Shown piece after piece: positions 48,120-57,750 of a stretch of 64,000 nt of DNA. Each line of letters opens with the position of its first letter. The first letter of the stretch is position 1. The stretch covers positions 9,269 to 73,268 of the forward strand of contig NZCW01000007.1 of NCBI GenBank assembly GCA_002688435.1, in the 5' to 3' direction. The stretch is from Dehalococcoidales bacterium. GTDB lineage: Bacteria > Chloroflexota > Dehalococcoidia > Dehalococcoidales > RBG-16-60-22. Both the position numbers and the translations under genes were made by a program. Under the pieces are notes generated by a model. It was not told the DNA's origin, ran no database searches, and saw nothing but the letters and a program-made list of their open reading frames with translations.

Positions 48120-48266
48120 GACGGTCCTGACCCTTGGTTCACCCCGGTATTAGACGCTTTCTGATCTGTGGTGGTGCGGGAGTGCCGGACAGGATGGTGT
48201 TATCCGGATTTGCGAGGGTGGCTTTTAGGGTATAGGTTGTAATCACGGAAAGGGTCGTTTTAACGA

Positions 48267-48300
48267 CAGAAAGGTAGCAGCGCTGCTACCTTTCTGTTTT
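48267..48300 (+). terminator. Strong intrinsic terminator
   Basis: The 30-nt palindrome CAGAAAGGTAGCAGC/GCTGCTACCTTTCTG is followed by TTTT. It lies 147 nt after the nearest plus-strand stop codon. Confidence 0.7.
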
Positions 48301-48501
48301 GGTGGCGCGGGGGGCTGTAGTTAAGCGGAAAAGAGAAATAACCTGACCAATGAAGCTGGAGATGGATCGGCCGATGCCCGCCTTGGCCGGTAATGTGAAG
48401 GTCGTCCTCTTAACTCAGTTACTTCTGGGCATCGGCTATATTCTGGGCTGGGTTATCGGGTGAGCCACTGGAGCCAGTGGCCGGTTACCGGGGGCAGGAG
48501 T

Positions 48502-49743
48502 TTAAATTTGTCGCTCGATGTAAAATTCTCGGAGACCGTTCAGGGCGGTGAAGAACTCTCGCATCATGACGCTTACCGGGTACATCCCCCGCGGCGTGAC
48601 TCTGATGGTTTCGGCTTCTTTCACTAGGCCGGAGAGTTTTAAAAATAGTAGTTCATCTCTTAATTTCTCGTGAATGCCGGCGTTGAACCGCCGGTAAAAC
48701 TTCTCCCCGGCCACTTCTAGGCCAAAGAGTTTGGTCAGCAGGTAGTAGCGCCGGTGCTCTCTGGCCGATAGTCGGCGCCAGCCGACCACGGGTAGTCTAT
48801 CGCGACCGGTAAACTCTTCATATCTGTCCAGCGAAAATGAATTGACCAGGAAATTCCCTTGGTAAACGCTTACCGAGCCGGCGCCGATGCCGATGTAATC
48901 GTCGAAGTCAATGATGTATTCGTCTATCATTCTCTCACCCCGGGAGAAGCACCAGGCGGTGGAGGCTTTGTACCCGCCGGCGTAGAGTTCCCTCAAGAGG
49001 ATGCCGTAAAAAACTTTCTCCCGGAAGGTATCCACTCGGTTAAATTTTCGCTCTAGGGAACTCTTCTTGTGCGGTGAAGCCATCAGTGGGTAAAATGTGG
49101 CCTGGTCTATGCCTAGTTCTTTGAAGGTTCTCACATCGGCTTCAAATTTGGTCAGGGTCTGGCTGGGAAAGTTGAAGACGAAATCTACGTTGAGCGTGTC
49201 GAATTCACCCTGCGCCATTGATAATTTCTCTTTGGCCTCTTCACCGGTGACGAAAGGTCGTCCCATCGCTTTCAGCGTGTCATTATCAAAGCTCTGCACC
49301 CCGATGGAGAGGCGGTTGATACCGGCTGCTTTCAGCATGGCTATGTTCTGCCGGCTGACCTCGCGCGGCGTGGTTTCCAGGGACATCCGTTTTACCACAA
49401 AGTGTTTTTTGAGATAAGCGATAAAGTCGGTCAGCTCATCCATAAGTATGGTCGGGGTGCCCCCGCCGAAGTAAAAATCGGAGAATTTAAAACCTCTCTG
49501 GATATAGAGGTCAAGCTCGCTTCTCAGGTGCCGGAAATATCTCCGGGTACGAGCTTCCTTGAAGAGATAGCGGTTAAAGCAGCAGAAGGGGCACAGGGTT
49601 TTGCAGAAAGGAATGTGAATGTAGAGAGAGACTTCTTCGTCGCCCGCTTCTTCCGCAGTTACCGACTCGTCAAATTCCGGGTTGAGCTTCAGGAACTTCC
49701 GGCCCTCGCGCCGGGTGACCAGGCCAACAAATTGGGAAATCAT
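48502..49743 (-). CDS. HemN-like radical SAM protein (oxygen-independent coproporphyrinogen oxidase family; function uncertain)
   Basis: I prefer the ATG at 49743 (MISQFVGLV...), 1 nt after the ybjQ stop. CKTLCPFC is the radical SAM motif, plus GGGTPT. Confidence 0.8.
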   Translation of the reverse strand: MISQFVGLVTRREGRKFLKLNPEFDESVTAEEAGDEEVSLYIHIPFCKTLCPFCCFNRYLFKEARTRRYFRHLRSELDLYIQRGFKFSDFYFGGGTPTILMDELTDFIAYLKKHFVVKRMSLETTPREVSRQNIAMLKAAGINRLSIGVQSFDNDTLKAMGRPFVTGEEAKEKLSMAQGEFDTLNVDFVFNFPSQTLTKFEADVRTFKELGIDQATFYPLMASPHKKSSLERKFNRVDTFREKVFYGILLRELYAGGYKASTAWCFSRGERMIDEYIIDFDDYIGIGAGSVSVYQGNFLVNSFSLDRYEEFTGRDRLPVVGWRRLSAREHRRYYLLTKLFGLEVAGEKFYRRFNAGIHEKLRDELLFLKLSGLVKEAETIRVTPRGMYPVSVMMREFFTALNGLREFYIERQI

Positions 49744-49744
49744 T

Positions 49745-50071
49745 TCAGGCTTGCTTCGAGTCCACCACCACGCCGGTGCCGTAGGCGAGTATCTCGGCGG
49801 CATTCTGCATCACCATTGAGGTGGTAAATCTCATCCCTACGATACCATTAGCTCCCTGTTTTTCGGCGTCTTCCACCATCCGCTGGATGGCTTCCTCCCG
49901 GGCTTCGGCCATCATCTTGGTGTATTCCGGTATCTCCCCGCCGGCTATACCCCGGAAGGCCGCCATAATGTCCTTACCCAGATGTTTTGCCCGGATAGTG
50001 CTGCCCTTGACTAGGCCCATCGATTTGGTAATTTTTTTGCCTTCAATCTGCGCTGATGTGGTAATAATCAG
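49745..50071 (-). CDS. YbjQ/UPF0145 family protein, probably starting at CTG
   Basis: The track ORF starts at M (50020). The family-typical N-terminus (M)IITTSAQIEGKKITKS lies upstream in frame and begins at CTG 50071-50069, with AGGAGG 8 nt upstream and a cTGA overlap with the upstream stop. Confidence 0.65.
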   Translation of the reverse strand: MIITTSAQIEGKKITKSMGLVKGSTIRAKHLGKDIMAAFRGIAGGEIPEYTKMMAEAREEAIQRMVEDAEKQGANGIVGMRFTTSMVMQNAAEILAYGTGVVVDSKQA

Positions 50072-50283
50072 TTCTCTACCTCCTTAAAATCCTCAGTTTT
50101 TGCCTTGGATATCCGGTCTTTAATGGCTATGGTGATGAGAATCAGTATCCCGGCGCCAACGGCGCCGACGGTAATCCTGATGAGTAGGGGAGTATCACTG
50201 GTCATGAAAAAGTCTTTAACTCCCCAGCTAATCAGGACCAGTACCCCCAGGCCAATCAGTATCAATCCCAGATTGTACCACAT
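50068..50283 (-). CDS. Small two-TM membrane protein
   Basis: 71 aa with two hydrophobic helices. It forms an operon with ybjQ and the HemN-like gene. Confidence 0.55.
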   Translation of the reverse strand: MWYNLGLILIGLGVLVLISWGVKDFFMTSDTPLLIRITVGAVGAGILILITIAIKDRISKAKTEDFKEVEN

Positions 50284-50327
50284 GGTTAACCTCCCGATAA
50301 ATATAATTACCCTCTGCTTCTATCAGG

Positions 50328-51881
50328 TTATCTCTTTCTTTTCCACACCGTGCCCCGGGGGGTATCTTCCAAGGTGATGCCGGCCTCGTCCAGCTTTGCC
50401 CGGACCATATCGGCCAGCTGCCACAACTTGGCGACTCTCAGGCCTTGGCGTATCTCAATTAAGGAATTAATAACCTCGTCTCTCTTGCTCTGTATCTCTT
50501 CATTAGGCGCTTCTATGTGGCTACTTATCGACTGGTCAATTGTGTCAAAGGCATGATTTATCTCTTCAATAACTTCTTCTATGTGACTACCTGGCAACTG
50601 GTCAATTGTGTCAAAGGCATGATTTATCTCTTTAATGGCTGAGTCCACAGCTTCAGTAATTCGTTTCGTATCAAGAGGTTTAGCCAGCTCTGGCTGGAAG
50701 GTAAATCCCAGTACCCCCCCCAGCTCTTTCAGCGCGTCGCGCGCTTCCTCAGCCTCACTGCCTTCGCTATCATAGCGGTTAATCTCCCGGGCTAGGTCAA
50801 AGAGAGCGGCTATCGCTTGGGCGGTGTTGAAATCGTCGTCCATCGCCGTGACGAACCTCTTGCGGTACTGTTCGCTATTTAGTCTCTTGCCGTTTTTCAG
50901 GCCGCTGGCGGTGTTGTTCGCCGTCTGCCGTAGTCTTGCTACTCCCCTCTCCGCCGTTTCCATAATCTCCTCGGAGTAGGTCAGCGGGCTGCGGTAGTGG
51001 GAACCGAGAACAAAGATGCGGATGGCATCGGCGCTATATTTCTTCACCGCTTCCTTGATGGTGATAAGGTTCCCCAGCGACTTGCTCATCTTCTCTCCGC
51101 CCAGCTGCAGCATACCGCTATGCAGCCAGTAGCGGACAAAAGGCTTGACGCCGGTAAAGCTTTCCGACTGGGCAATCTCGTTCTCGTGGTGGGGGAAGAT
51201 CAGGTCCTGCCCGCCGCCGTGGATATCTAGGGTATCCCCTAGGTATTTCAGTGACATGGCGCTGCACTCAATATGCCATCCCGGTCGGCCCGGGCCCCAA
51301 GGGCTTTCCCAAGAGGGTTCGCCGGGCTTGGATGCCTTCCACAAGACGAAGTCCATGGGGTGCTCTTTCTCTTCCTCGGTGGCTACGCGTGTCCCGGTTA
51401 TCATTGCCTCCAGGCTGCGGCGGGATAGTTTCCCGTAGTCGGGGACGTTTCTTACCCGGAAATAGACGCTGCCCTGTACCGGGTAGGCGTACCCCTTATC
51501 TATCAGGCCTCGGACTATCTCGATGATTTTCGGTATCTCTCCGGTGGCCCGCGGCTGGATGTCCGCTGGGCCGATGTTTAGTGACTCCATATCGGCAAAA
51601 TAGCCGGCGGTGAACTTTTCCGCCAGCTCGCTGGGGGAAATGCCCAGCTTATTCGCCCGGTCGATTATTTTATCGTCAATATCGGTCACGTTCTGCACGT
51701 ACTTCACTTTGTAGTCGCGGAACTGGAGGTAACGCCAGATGACATCAAATATGATATAGCTCATGGCGTGCCCCAGGTGGGTGTCATCATAGGGCGTCAC
51801 GCCGCAGACGTACATGTTGACCACCTCACCCAGCGGGGTAAACTCCTCCTTTTTCCTGGAGAGGGAATTAAAGACTTTCAT
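50328..51881 (-). CDS. cysS: Cysteine--tRNA ligase with an extended, internally duplicated C-terminal region
   Basis: 517 aa. HLGHA (HIGH) and KMSKS motifs. The C-terminal region contains a 22-aa tandem duplication. Confidence 0.95.
   Translation of the reverse strand: MKVFNSLSRKKEEFTPLGEVVNMYVCGVTPYDDTHLGHAMSYIIFDVIWRYLQFRDYKVKYVQNVTDIDDKIIDRANKLGISPSELAEKFTAGYFADMESLNIGPADIQPRATGEIPKIIEIVRGLIDKGYAYPVQGSVYFRVRNVPDYGKLSRRSLEAMITGTRVATEEEKEHPMDFVLWKASKPGEPSWESPWGPGRPGWHIECSAMSLKYLGDTLDIHGGGQDLIFPHHENEIAQSESFTGVKPFVRYWLHSGMLQLGGEKMSKSLGNLITIKEAVKKYSADAIRIFVLGSHYRSPLTYSEEIMETAERGVARLRQTANNTASGLKNGKRLNSEQYRKRFVTAMDDDFNTAQAIAALFDLAREINRYDSEGSEAEEARDALKELGGVLGFTFQPELAKPLDTKRITEAVDSAIKEINHAFDTIDQLPGSHIEEVIEEINHAFDTIDQSISSHIEAPNEEIQSKRDEVINSLIEIRQGLRVAKLWQLADMVRAKLDEAGITLEDTPRGTVWKRKR
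50511..50642. repeat. 2 x 66-bp in-frame tandem duplication inside cysS
   Basis: Units 50511-50576 and 50577-50642 differ at about 10 positions. They encode [11 protein letters not shown]...SHIEE twice. Confidence 0.85.
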
Positions 51882-52366
51882 TATATTTTCTCCACGGTAG
51901 CGATGGTATAGACAGCGATGCCTTCACTCCGGCCGATAAAGCCTAGGCGGTCGGCGGTGCTGGCCTTCACGCTCACCTGGTCGATGTCAATACCCAGCGT
52001 CCAGCTGAGCTGCCGGCGCATTGGGTCGATAAAGTCTTTTAGCGTGGGCTTCTCCGCTACTATGGTAGCGTCAACGTTGTTTACCCGCCAGCTGTTTTTG
52101 GCCAGTTCGTCGGCGGTCTTGGCCAGCAATACCAGACTGGAAATATCTTGGTATTCGGGATCGCCGGGTGGGAAATGGCCGCCGATGTTACCCAGCGCCG
52201 CTGCCCCCAGTAAGGCATCAATAATAGCGTGGGTCAGGGCGTCGGCGTCACTCCAGCCGCTGAGTTCCCGGTCAAAAGGGATCTCCACCCCGCCGAGCAC
52301 TAGACAGCGCCCCGGGACTAGTGAATGGGCGTCAAAACCGATACCGGCGCGTAATTTATCGTTCAT
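51881..52366 (-). CDS. ispF: 2-C-methyl-D-erythritol 2,4-cyclodiphosphate synthase
   Basis: 161 aa. GIGFDAHSL...[19 protein letters not shown]. Confidence 0.94.
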   Translation of the reverse strand: MNDKLRAGIGFDAHSLVPGRCLVLGGVEIPFDRELSGWSDADALTHAIIDALLGAAALGNIGGHFPPGDPEYQDISSLVLLAKTADELAKNSWRVNNVDATIVAEKPTLKDFIDPMRRQLSWTLGIDIDQVSVKASTADRLGFIGRSEGIAVYTIATVEKI

Positions 52367-53060
52367 ATCTCGGCCACAGCATTCCGGCTAAAGTTAGGTC
52401 ATCGGGAGTGGTTATCTTTATATTATCATAAGCGCCCATGTACAGTTTAACCTTATAGCCCGACCGCTCTACCAGGGAGGCGTCATCGGTGACGTCCTCA
52501 TTTGCCCGCTGGTACGCCTTGGTTATGATGTCAATACGGAACACTTGTGGCGTCTGTATGGCCCATAGATTTTGACGCGGCGGCGTCTGGTGGACAATTC
52601 TATCGTCTCCCGCCAGCTTGATGGTGTCCTTGACCGGGACGGCGGCTACGGCGGCACCGGTCTCTCTGGCCGCCGCCAAACCACGTTCAATTAAGTTTGT
52701 GGTCACCAGCGGGCGGGCGCCGTCATGGACTATTATCCAGTCATAGTCGTCAAGCTGCACCAGCCCGGCGGCGACCGAGTCTTGCCGCCGTTTGCCCCCG
52801 AGGCAGATGTTACTTACTTTGGACCACTCCTCCCCGGTGAGCAGCTGTCGGCACTGTAATTCTTTCTCCCCGCTCACCACCACCACTACCCGATCCACTA
52901 GGCGGCATTTTTGAAAAGGGCTGATGGTCTGGAGTAAGAGAGGCTTATCGCCCAGTGGTGCCAACAGCTTTTCCGCTCCGCCCATCCGTTCTCCTTGGCC
53001 TGCGGCCACGATAATTGTTCCCACTCCTTGCCTTTTACCTTGTTTCAAGTTTGCGCTCAC
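52356..53060 (-). CDS. ispD: 2-C-methyl-D-erythritol 4-phosphate cytidylyltransferase
   Basis: 234 aa. IIVAAGQGERMG motif. Overlaps ispF by 11 nt. Confidence 0.93.
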   Translation of the reverse strand: MSANLKQGKRQGVGTIIVAAGQGERMGGAEKLLAPLGDKPLLLQTISPFQKCRLVDRVVVVVSGEKELQCRQLLTGEEWSKVSNICLGGKRRQDSVAAGLVQLDDYDWIIVHDGARPLVTTNLIERGLAAARETGAAVAAVPVKDTIKLAGDDRIVHQTPPRQNLWAIQTPQVFRIDIITKAYQRANEDVTDDASLVERSGYKVKLYMGAYDNIKITTPDDLTLAGMLWPRYER

Positions 53061-53125
53061 TTACCGTTTCGGTCAAATTGAGTTTACACGGAATTGCGTT
53101 GGATTTCAAATCGTGTTAGGATGTT

Positions 53126-53587
53126 TTGCGGAGGGGATATAAGAGGGCTGTGGATAAATACGCTGACCGACGTTATGATATTGAGCGGGAAGGCGCCATT
53201 GACGTTGCCATGCTTGAAACTATTCCCTTTGACTATCCCGACTCGGCCACCGAAGTAGTCTACGAGACCGACGAGTTTACCTTTGTCTGCCCTTGGTCCG
53301 GCCTGCCTGACTTCGCCCGGCTGGTGGTAAGCTACCTGCCGCGCCATTCTCTGGTGGAGCTTAAGTCCTTGAAATACTATTTGACTTCCTACCGTAATGT
53401 GGGTATTTTACAGGAGCATACCGTCAACCGTATCCTGCATGACCTGGTGTCGTTACTGCGGCCGGTCTCTCTGATGGTGGCCGCGGAATGCAAGGAGAGG
53501 GGCGGCCTGAAGACCAAGGTTACCACCAGCTATGATAGCCGTAAAAATAAGGAGGCTTCCGATGAAAGTCATCAGCCACTATCTTGA
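53126..53587 (+). CDS. queF: NADPH-dependent 7-cyano-7-deazaguanine reductase (unimodular QueF)
   Basis: Catalytic Cys context FVCPWSGLPDF and QueF motif ELKSLKYYL. TTG at 53126, with GTG at 53150 as an alternative start. Confidence 0.88.
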   Translation: MRRGYKRAVDKYADRRYDIEREGAIDVAMLETIPFDYPDSATEVVYETDEFTFVCPWSGLPDFARLVVSYLPRHSLVELKSLKYYLTSYRNVGILQEHTVNRILHDLVSLLRPVSLMVAAECKERGGLKTKVTTSYDSRKNKEASDESHQPLS

Positions 53588-53912
53588 GGTAAAACCGAAG
53601 GAAGAAGTACCTGGCGCCGCCATGCGCGAGGTCATTACTGGCGATGACGGAGCACATAATTTTAGTATGCGTGTCTTTGAGGTGGCACCTGGCGGCTCAA
53701 CCCCTTTTCATTCTCACCCGTGGGAACACGAGGTATTTATTCTTTCCGGGCAGGGAACGGTGAAAGGCGGGCCGAGAGAATCTTAATTAACCGGCGGTAG
53801 CGTTGTCTTTATTCCCGCTGACGAGCACCACTGCTTTATGAATAATAGCCAGAGCGAGCCCTTGCATTTTGTCTGTCTTATCCCGATACAGGGCGCTTGC
53901 TCTTTGCAGTAG
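53562..53912 (+). pseudogene. Cupin-domain protein interrupted by an in-frame TAA
   Basis: ATG at 53562 after AAGGAGG. ...FHSHPWEHEVFILSGQGTVKGGPRES-TAA(53784-53786)-LTGGSVVFIPADEHHCFMNNSQSEPLHFVCLIP... Both halves are in one frame and together give a 116-aa cupin. Confidence 0.75.
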
Positions 53913-53949
53913 GGCCGCCAGTACTTTGCTTGGGCTAGTTGGATAACAT

Positions 53950-55341
53950 TCAATTTTTACTGGCTCCGGGTTTGGCGTTGACCAGCCCGGCGTTTATCGC
54001 CTCTCGCAAAGTGCTCGCCGGGATAAGCTTAATGTCTTTCGAAGGGCTGATTACGACACCCACTTTGGGTACTAGGCAGCGTTTGAAGCCCAGTCTGGTT
54101 ACCTCGGCTACTCTTCTCTCTAGCTGGGAGGTGGCTCTCAGCTCGCCGCTTAGACCCACCTCCCCCACTGCCGCTAGGCCGGGGTCGATGGCGGTATCGC
54201 GGAAGCTGGAGGTAATCGCCAGGGCGATGCCCAGGTCCGCCGCCGGCTCGCCAATCCTGAGTCCGCCAGTAACGTTAACGATGATATCTTGATTGCCCAG
54301 CCTCAGACCGACACGCTTGGTCAGTACCGCCGTCACCAGCAGCAGCCGGTTAAAGTCCACCCCGTTGGCGGTGCGCCGGGGTAGGCCGAAGCTGGTCAGG
54401 GTGGTCAGCGCTTGGATCTCCACCAGCAGGGGACGGCTGCCTTCCAGCGTTGGCACCACCGCTGATCCCATCGCTTCTCCCCATCGCTGGGAAAGGAAAG
54501 CCCGTGACGGATTGTCCACCTCTATCAATCCGTTCTCCTTCATTTCAAAGATGCCCACCTCATTGGTTGAGCCGAAGCGATTTTTTACACTGCGCAGTAA
54601 ACGGTAGGCGCTGAAAGGCTCGCCCTCGAGGTAGAGTACCACATCAACGATATGCTCCAAGATCCGTGGGCCAGCGATGGTCCCGTCCTTGGTGACATGC
54701 CCGGCGATGAAGGCGGGTACGGCGTGGTGCTTGGTCCAGTGCATCAGTCTCAGGGTGCTCTCCCGTACTTGGGTTATGCTGCCCGGGGTGGCCGCTATCT
54801 CTGGCAAGTAGATGGTCTGAATGGAATCAATAACCACCAGCCCTGGGGATAACGGTTCAAGCTGGTCTAGGATAACCTCTAGGTTAGTTTCCGCCAGTAG
54901 GTAGAGCCCCTCGCCTTTTATGCCCAGCCTCTCGGCTCGGAGTCTGGTCTGGTGTAGTGTCTCCTCGCCGGAAATATAGACCACTTTACCCTGATCTTTG
55001 GCGGCGGCGGCCGCCTGCAGCAAAAGGGTGGATTTACCGATGCCTGGCTCACCACTGATAAGTACCAGGGAACCGGAGACCAGTCCGCCGCCGAGTACCC
55101 GGTTGAGCTCGGCTAGAGGAAGAGGGGAGCGGTCTGCCGTCGGCGTAACCACTTGGGACAGTTCCTGAGGCGGGTTGACCGGCGTAAGGGGGCGGGACGG
55201 GGAAACCGGCGCTATGACCGTTTCTACGAAGCTGTTCCATTGCTGGCAGTCAGGACAGCGCCCCAGCCACTTCAGGCTCTCCCGGCCGCACTGCTGGCAG
55301 ACGAAAACCGTCCTGGAACGAGATTTTTCTGGCTTGCTCAT
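53950..55341 (-). CDS. radA: DNA repair protein RadA/Sms
   Basis: 463 aa. N-terminal Zn finger CQQCG...CPDC, Walker A GEPGIGKST, KNRFG motif, Lon-like C-terminal domain. Confidence 0.95.
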   Translation of the reverse strand: MSKPEKSRSRTVFVCQQCGRESLKWLGRCPDCQQWNSFVETVIAPVSPSRPLTPVNPPQELSQVVTPTADRSPLPLAELNRVLGGGLVSGSLVLISGEPGIGKSTLLLQAAAAAKDQGKVVYISGEETLHQTRLRAERLGIKGEGLYLLAETNLEVILDQLEPLSPGLVVIDSIQTIYLPEIAATPGSITQVRESTLRLMHWTKHHAVPAFIAGHVTKDGTIAGPRILEHIVDVVLYLEGEPFSAYRLLRSVKNRFGSTNEVGIFEMKENGLIEVDNPSRAFLSQRWGEAMGSAVVPTLEGSRPLLVEIQALTTLTSFGLPRRTANGVDFNRLLLVTAVLTKRVGLRLGNQDIIVNVTGGLRIGEPAADLGIALAITSSFRDTAIDPGLAAVGEVGLSGELRATSQLERRVAEVTRLGFKRCLVPKVGVVISPSKDIKLIPASTLREAINAGLVNAKPGASKN

Positions 55342-55508
55342 AGGTTGACTTTACCTGATTGAAGGTAATAAGACAAGGGTAATTTTCAAAAAGTGATTGG
55401 TAATCTATCCCTGTGTTATATTAACATGGTACCGTGAATTCATAGTAAATATTCCAGAACGAAGAGTGCACGAACAGTTATGTCAATTATACAGAATATC
55501 GATATAGA

Positions 55509-55754
55509 ATGTCCTATTATGTTCAAATTGCATCGGCCGAGCATCGACAGAAAATATTGAGTTATCTGACCCATCTCTACCTGTTCTCAATCTTGAAAAG
55601 GAAGGATTACACGAGTTTGCTAAATGGCGCGCCAATAAAGCTACAGGATGGAAACCAACTAATAACACCGCAGATATATGTTCCATCTGAAAAAGCCTTT
55701 ACTGCTAGTACCCTCTGTGAGAGCCGTGCTGACGATTATTTGGTCTGGCTATAG
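55509..55754 (+). CDS. Hypothetical protein (low-GC islet)
   Basis: 81-aa ORF with no recognisable motif. It may be a fragment. Confidence 0.3.
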   Translation: MSYYVQIASAEHRQKILSYLTHLYLFSILKRKDYTSLLNGAPIKLQDGNQLITPQIYVPSEKAFTASTLCESRADDYLVWL

Positions 55755-55784
55755 TTTAAGCCATGTCAAAGGAACTATTTATTA

Positions 55785-56325
55785 ATGACGACTAATAATA
55801 CATATGATGCCTATCTTGATATTGAGACCACCGGTCTATCTCGGTTTGAGGATGACATTACAGTAGCCGGTATCTATACTTTGTAACGGCTATGATAGTA
55901 AATTAATTCGACTTGTTGGCAGAGATATAACTGTGGACAATCTCACTTCGACCCTTTAGGGCGTGAACACAATCTATACTTACAACGGTAGTCGGTTTGA
56001 TGTTCCTTTCATCCACGCCCGCCTCGGGCTGGACCTGCGCCTCACGCACCACCGCCATGATCTCATGTATGACTGTTGGGGGCATAATTTAAAGGGTGGG
56101 TTTAAAGCTGTGGAGTATCAACTCGGTATCCCACGAAAACTAAAGGGAATCGAAGGATTTATGGTTGTAGTTTTATGGTGGAGGTATTATAAACGCAACG
56201 ATCGGAACGCTCTTGAACTGCTACTGCAGTACAATGAAGAGGACGTAGTGAATCTAAAAGTATTAAAGGAGCAGTTACTAGTAAGATCAAGACAATTCCT
56301 GTTAAAAGGCTGCGGCCATAAATAG
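55785..56325 (+). pseudogene. RNase H-like (YprB/COG3359-type) exonuclease, disrupted
   Basis: MTTNNTYDAYLDIETTGLSRFEDDITVAGIYTL, then a stop at 55884. After a frameshift it continues ...NGYDSKLIRLVGRDITVDNLTSTL-TAG(55957-55959)-GVNTIYTYNGSRFDVPFIHARLG...YNEEDVVNL. Confidence 0.7.
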
Positions 56326-56349
56326 ATGTGATAAAAACGAGGTAATACC

Positions 56350-57582
56350 TTAGCCGCCAAACAAACCGAAGAACACGCCCTCGGGTCTGAAGCCGGTGAT
56401 GTAGATACCGGTGAAGATGGCGGTGGTAATCACTCCGGCGACGCATGGCCCCATGGCGAAGGGCAAAATCATCGCTTTTTTATTGACCGTCACGGCGCAC
56501 TTCTGGGCCACTTTGGCTGTGGTCGGCACGCAGGACACCGCGGCGATGCCTATCAGGGGATTAAAAGGCTCTTTGGTTATCTTGTGGTAGATTAAGCCGC
56601 CGGTTATCCCACCTAGACCGGAGAGCGTCAGCGCGATAATACCTAGGACCAGTAGCGTCAGTACTTTTGGATTCAGAATAATATCCACGCCGAGTAGGGC
56701 GCCCAAGGTAAAGCCTAGGAAAAAGGTGGCGCCGTACAGCAGCGGTCCAGATAAGAACTCAATGAACCTCAGGACTCCAGCCTCTTTGATGGCTAACCCG
56801 ACGAAGAACGAACCGAACAGCGGTGCCGCCACCGGGAAGAGCAGGCACAGGAAGCCGCAGGCAAGAATGGCAAAGGTGAACTTGGCTCCCGGGGATACCT
56901 GCGGTATGGTGCGCCAGTCCATCTCTATCCCTCTCAATCGCCTCGGGATAATCTTGGCGAGGAAGGGATAACCAGCGTAAATCACCCCGAGATAGACATA
57001 GGCCACGACGGTGATGGGCACGAATAGGTCTCTGGCCAGCATGATGGAGCCGTACAGGACCATGGGGCCATCAGCCCCGCCCACCAAGGCAATGGCGGCC
57101 GACTCATTGGGTGCCAAGCCCATGGCCATGGCGATAGGGAGAGTCAGCACGGTGCCCAGTTCTGCACAGATGGCCAAAAAGAGGCTCATATATGGCCTAG
57201 CCAGTAAAATGTCGATGTCGGTTATGGCGCCGATGCCCATGAAAACCAGGCAGGCGATTAAGCCGTTACTGAAAGTGAAATTGTAGATAGGTTGAAGGAA
57301 GTCTATTTGTAGGTAGTACATTACCTGCTCAACGTTGCTGGCCAGGGGGTTGATAAAGAGGTTGCCTAGCTGACCGGTTTGCGCATCCATTACCATGAGG
57401 CCGGCATTTACCGCCAGCATGCCCATCCCTAGGGGGAGCATTACCAGCGGCTCCAGTATTTTCTTATAGGAGAGGAAGACGAAGAGAAGTCCTAGGGCAA
57501 TCAGGAATAGCCGGCCGAAGGCAATCTCAGGCGCGGTGAGAAAAAATGTGTAGATACCCTGGAAGAGTTCCAGTATCAGCAT
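56350..57582 (-). CDS. Na+-translocating decarboxylase beta subunit (OadB/MmdB/GcdB family)
   Basis: 410-aa polytopic membrane protein. Sequence typical of the family (...GGADGPMVLY..., ...AVSCVPTTAKV...). Confidence 0.9.
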   Translation of the reverse strand: MLILELFQGIYTFFLTAPEIAFGRLFLIALGLLFVFLSYKKILEPLVMLPLGMGMLAVNAGLMVMDAQTGQLGNLFINPLASNVEQVMYYLQIDFLQPIYNFTFSNGLIACLVFMGIGAITDIDILLARPYMSLFLAICAELGTVLTLPIAMAMGLAPNESAAIALVGGADGPMVLYGSIMLARDLFVPITVVAYVYLGVIYAGYPFLAKIIPRRLRGIEMDWRTIPQVSPGAKFTFAILACGFLCLLFPVAAPLFGSFFVGLAIKEAGVLRFIEFLSGPLLYGATFFLGFTLGALLGVDIILNPKVLTLLVLGIIALTLSGLGGITGGLIYHKITKEPFNPLIGIAAVSCVPTTAKVAQKCAVTVNKKAMILPFAMGPCVAGVITTAIFTGIYITGFRPEGVFFGLFGG

Positions 57583-57597
57583 TGGTTCTGGTCACCT

Positions 57598-57750
57598 CTA
57601 ACTCTCGGGTAGGGCGCTGCTGGCGGCGGCAAGCTTGTCTCCCCTCCGGACAACGATGGCGATAAGCTTGATGGTGAGGGCTACGCACAGGGCAATGACC
57701 ATGGCGATGCCGTAAGCGATTAAGGCAAATATTAAAGAATTAAGTACCAT
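57598..57750 (-). CDS. Small single-TM subunit (OadG-like gamma/delta subunit)
   Basis: 50 aa, not in the ORF track. MVLNSLIFALIAYGIAMVIALCVALTIKLIAIVVRRGDKLAAASSALPES. It sits directly upstream of the beta subunit. Confidence 0.6.
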   Translation of the reverse strand: MVLNSLIFALIAYGIAMVIALCVALTIKLIAIVVRRGDKLAAASSALPES

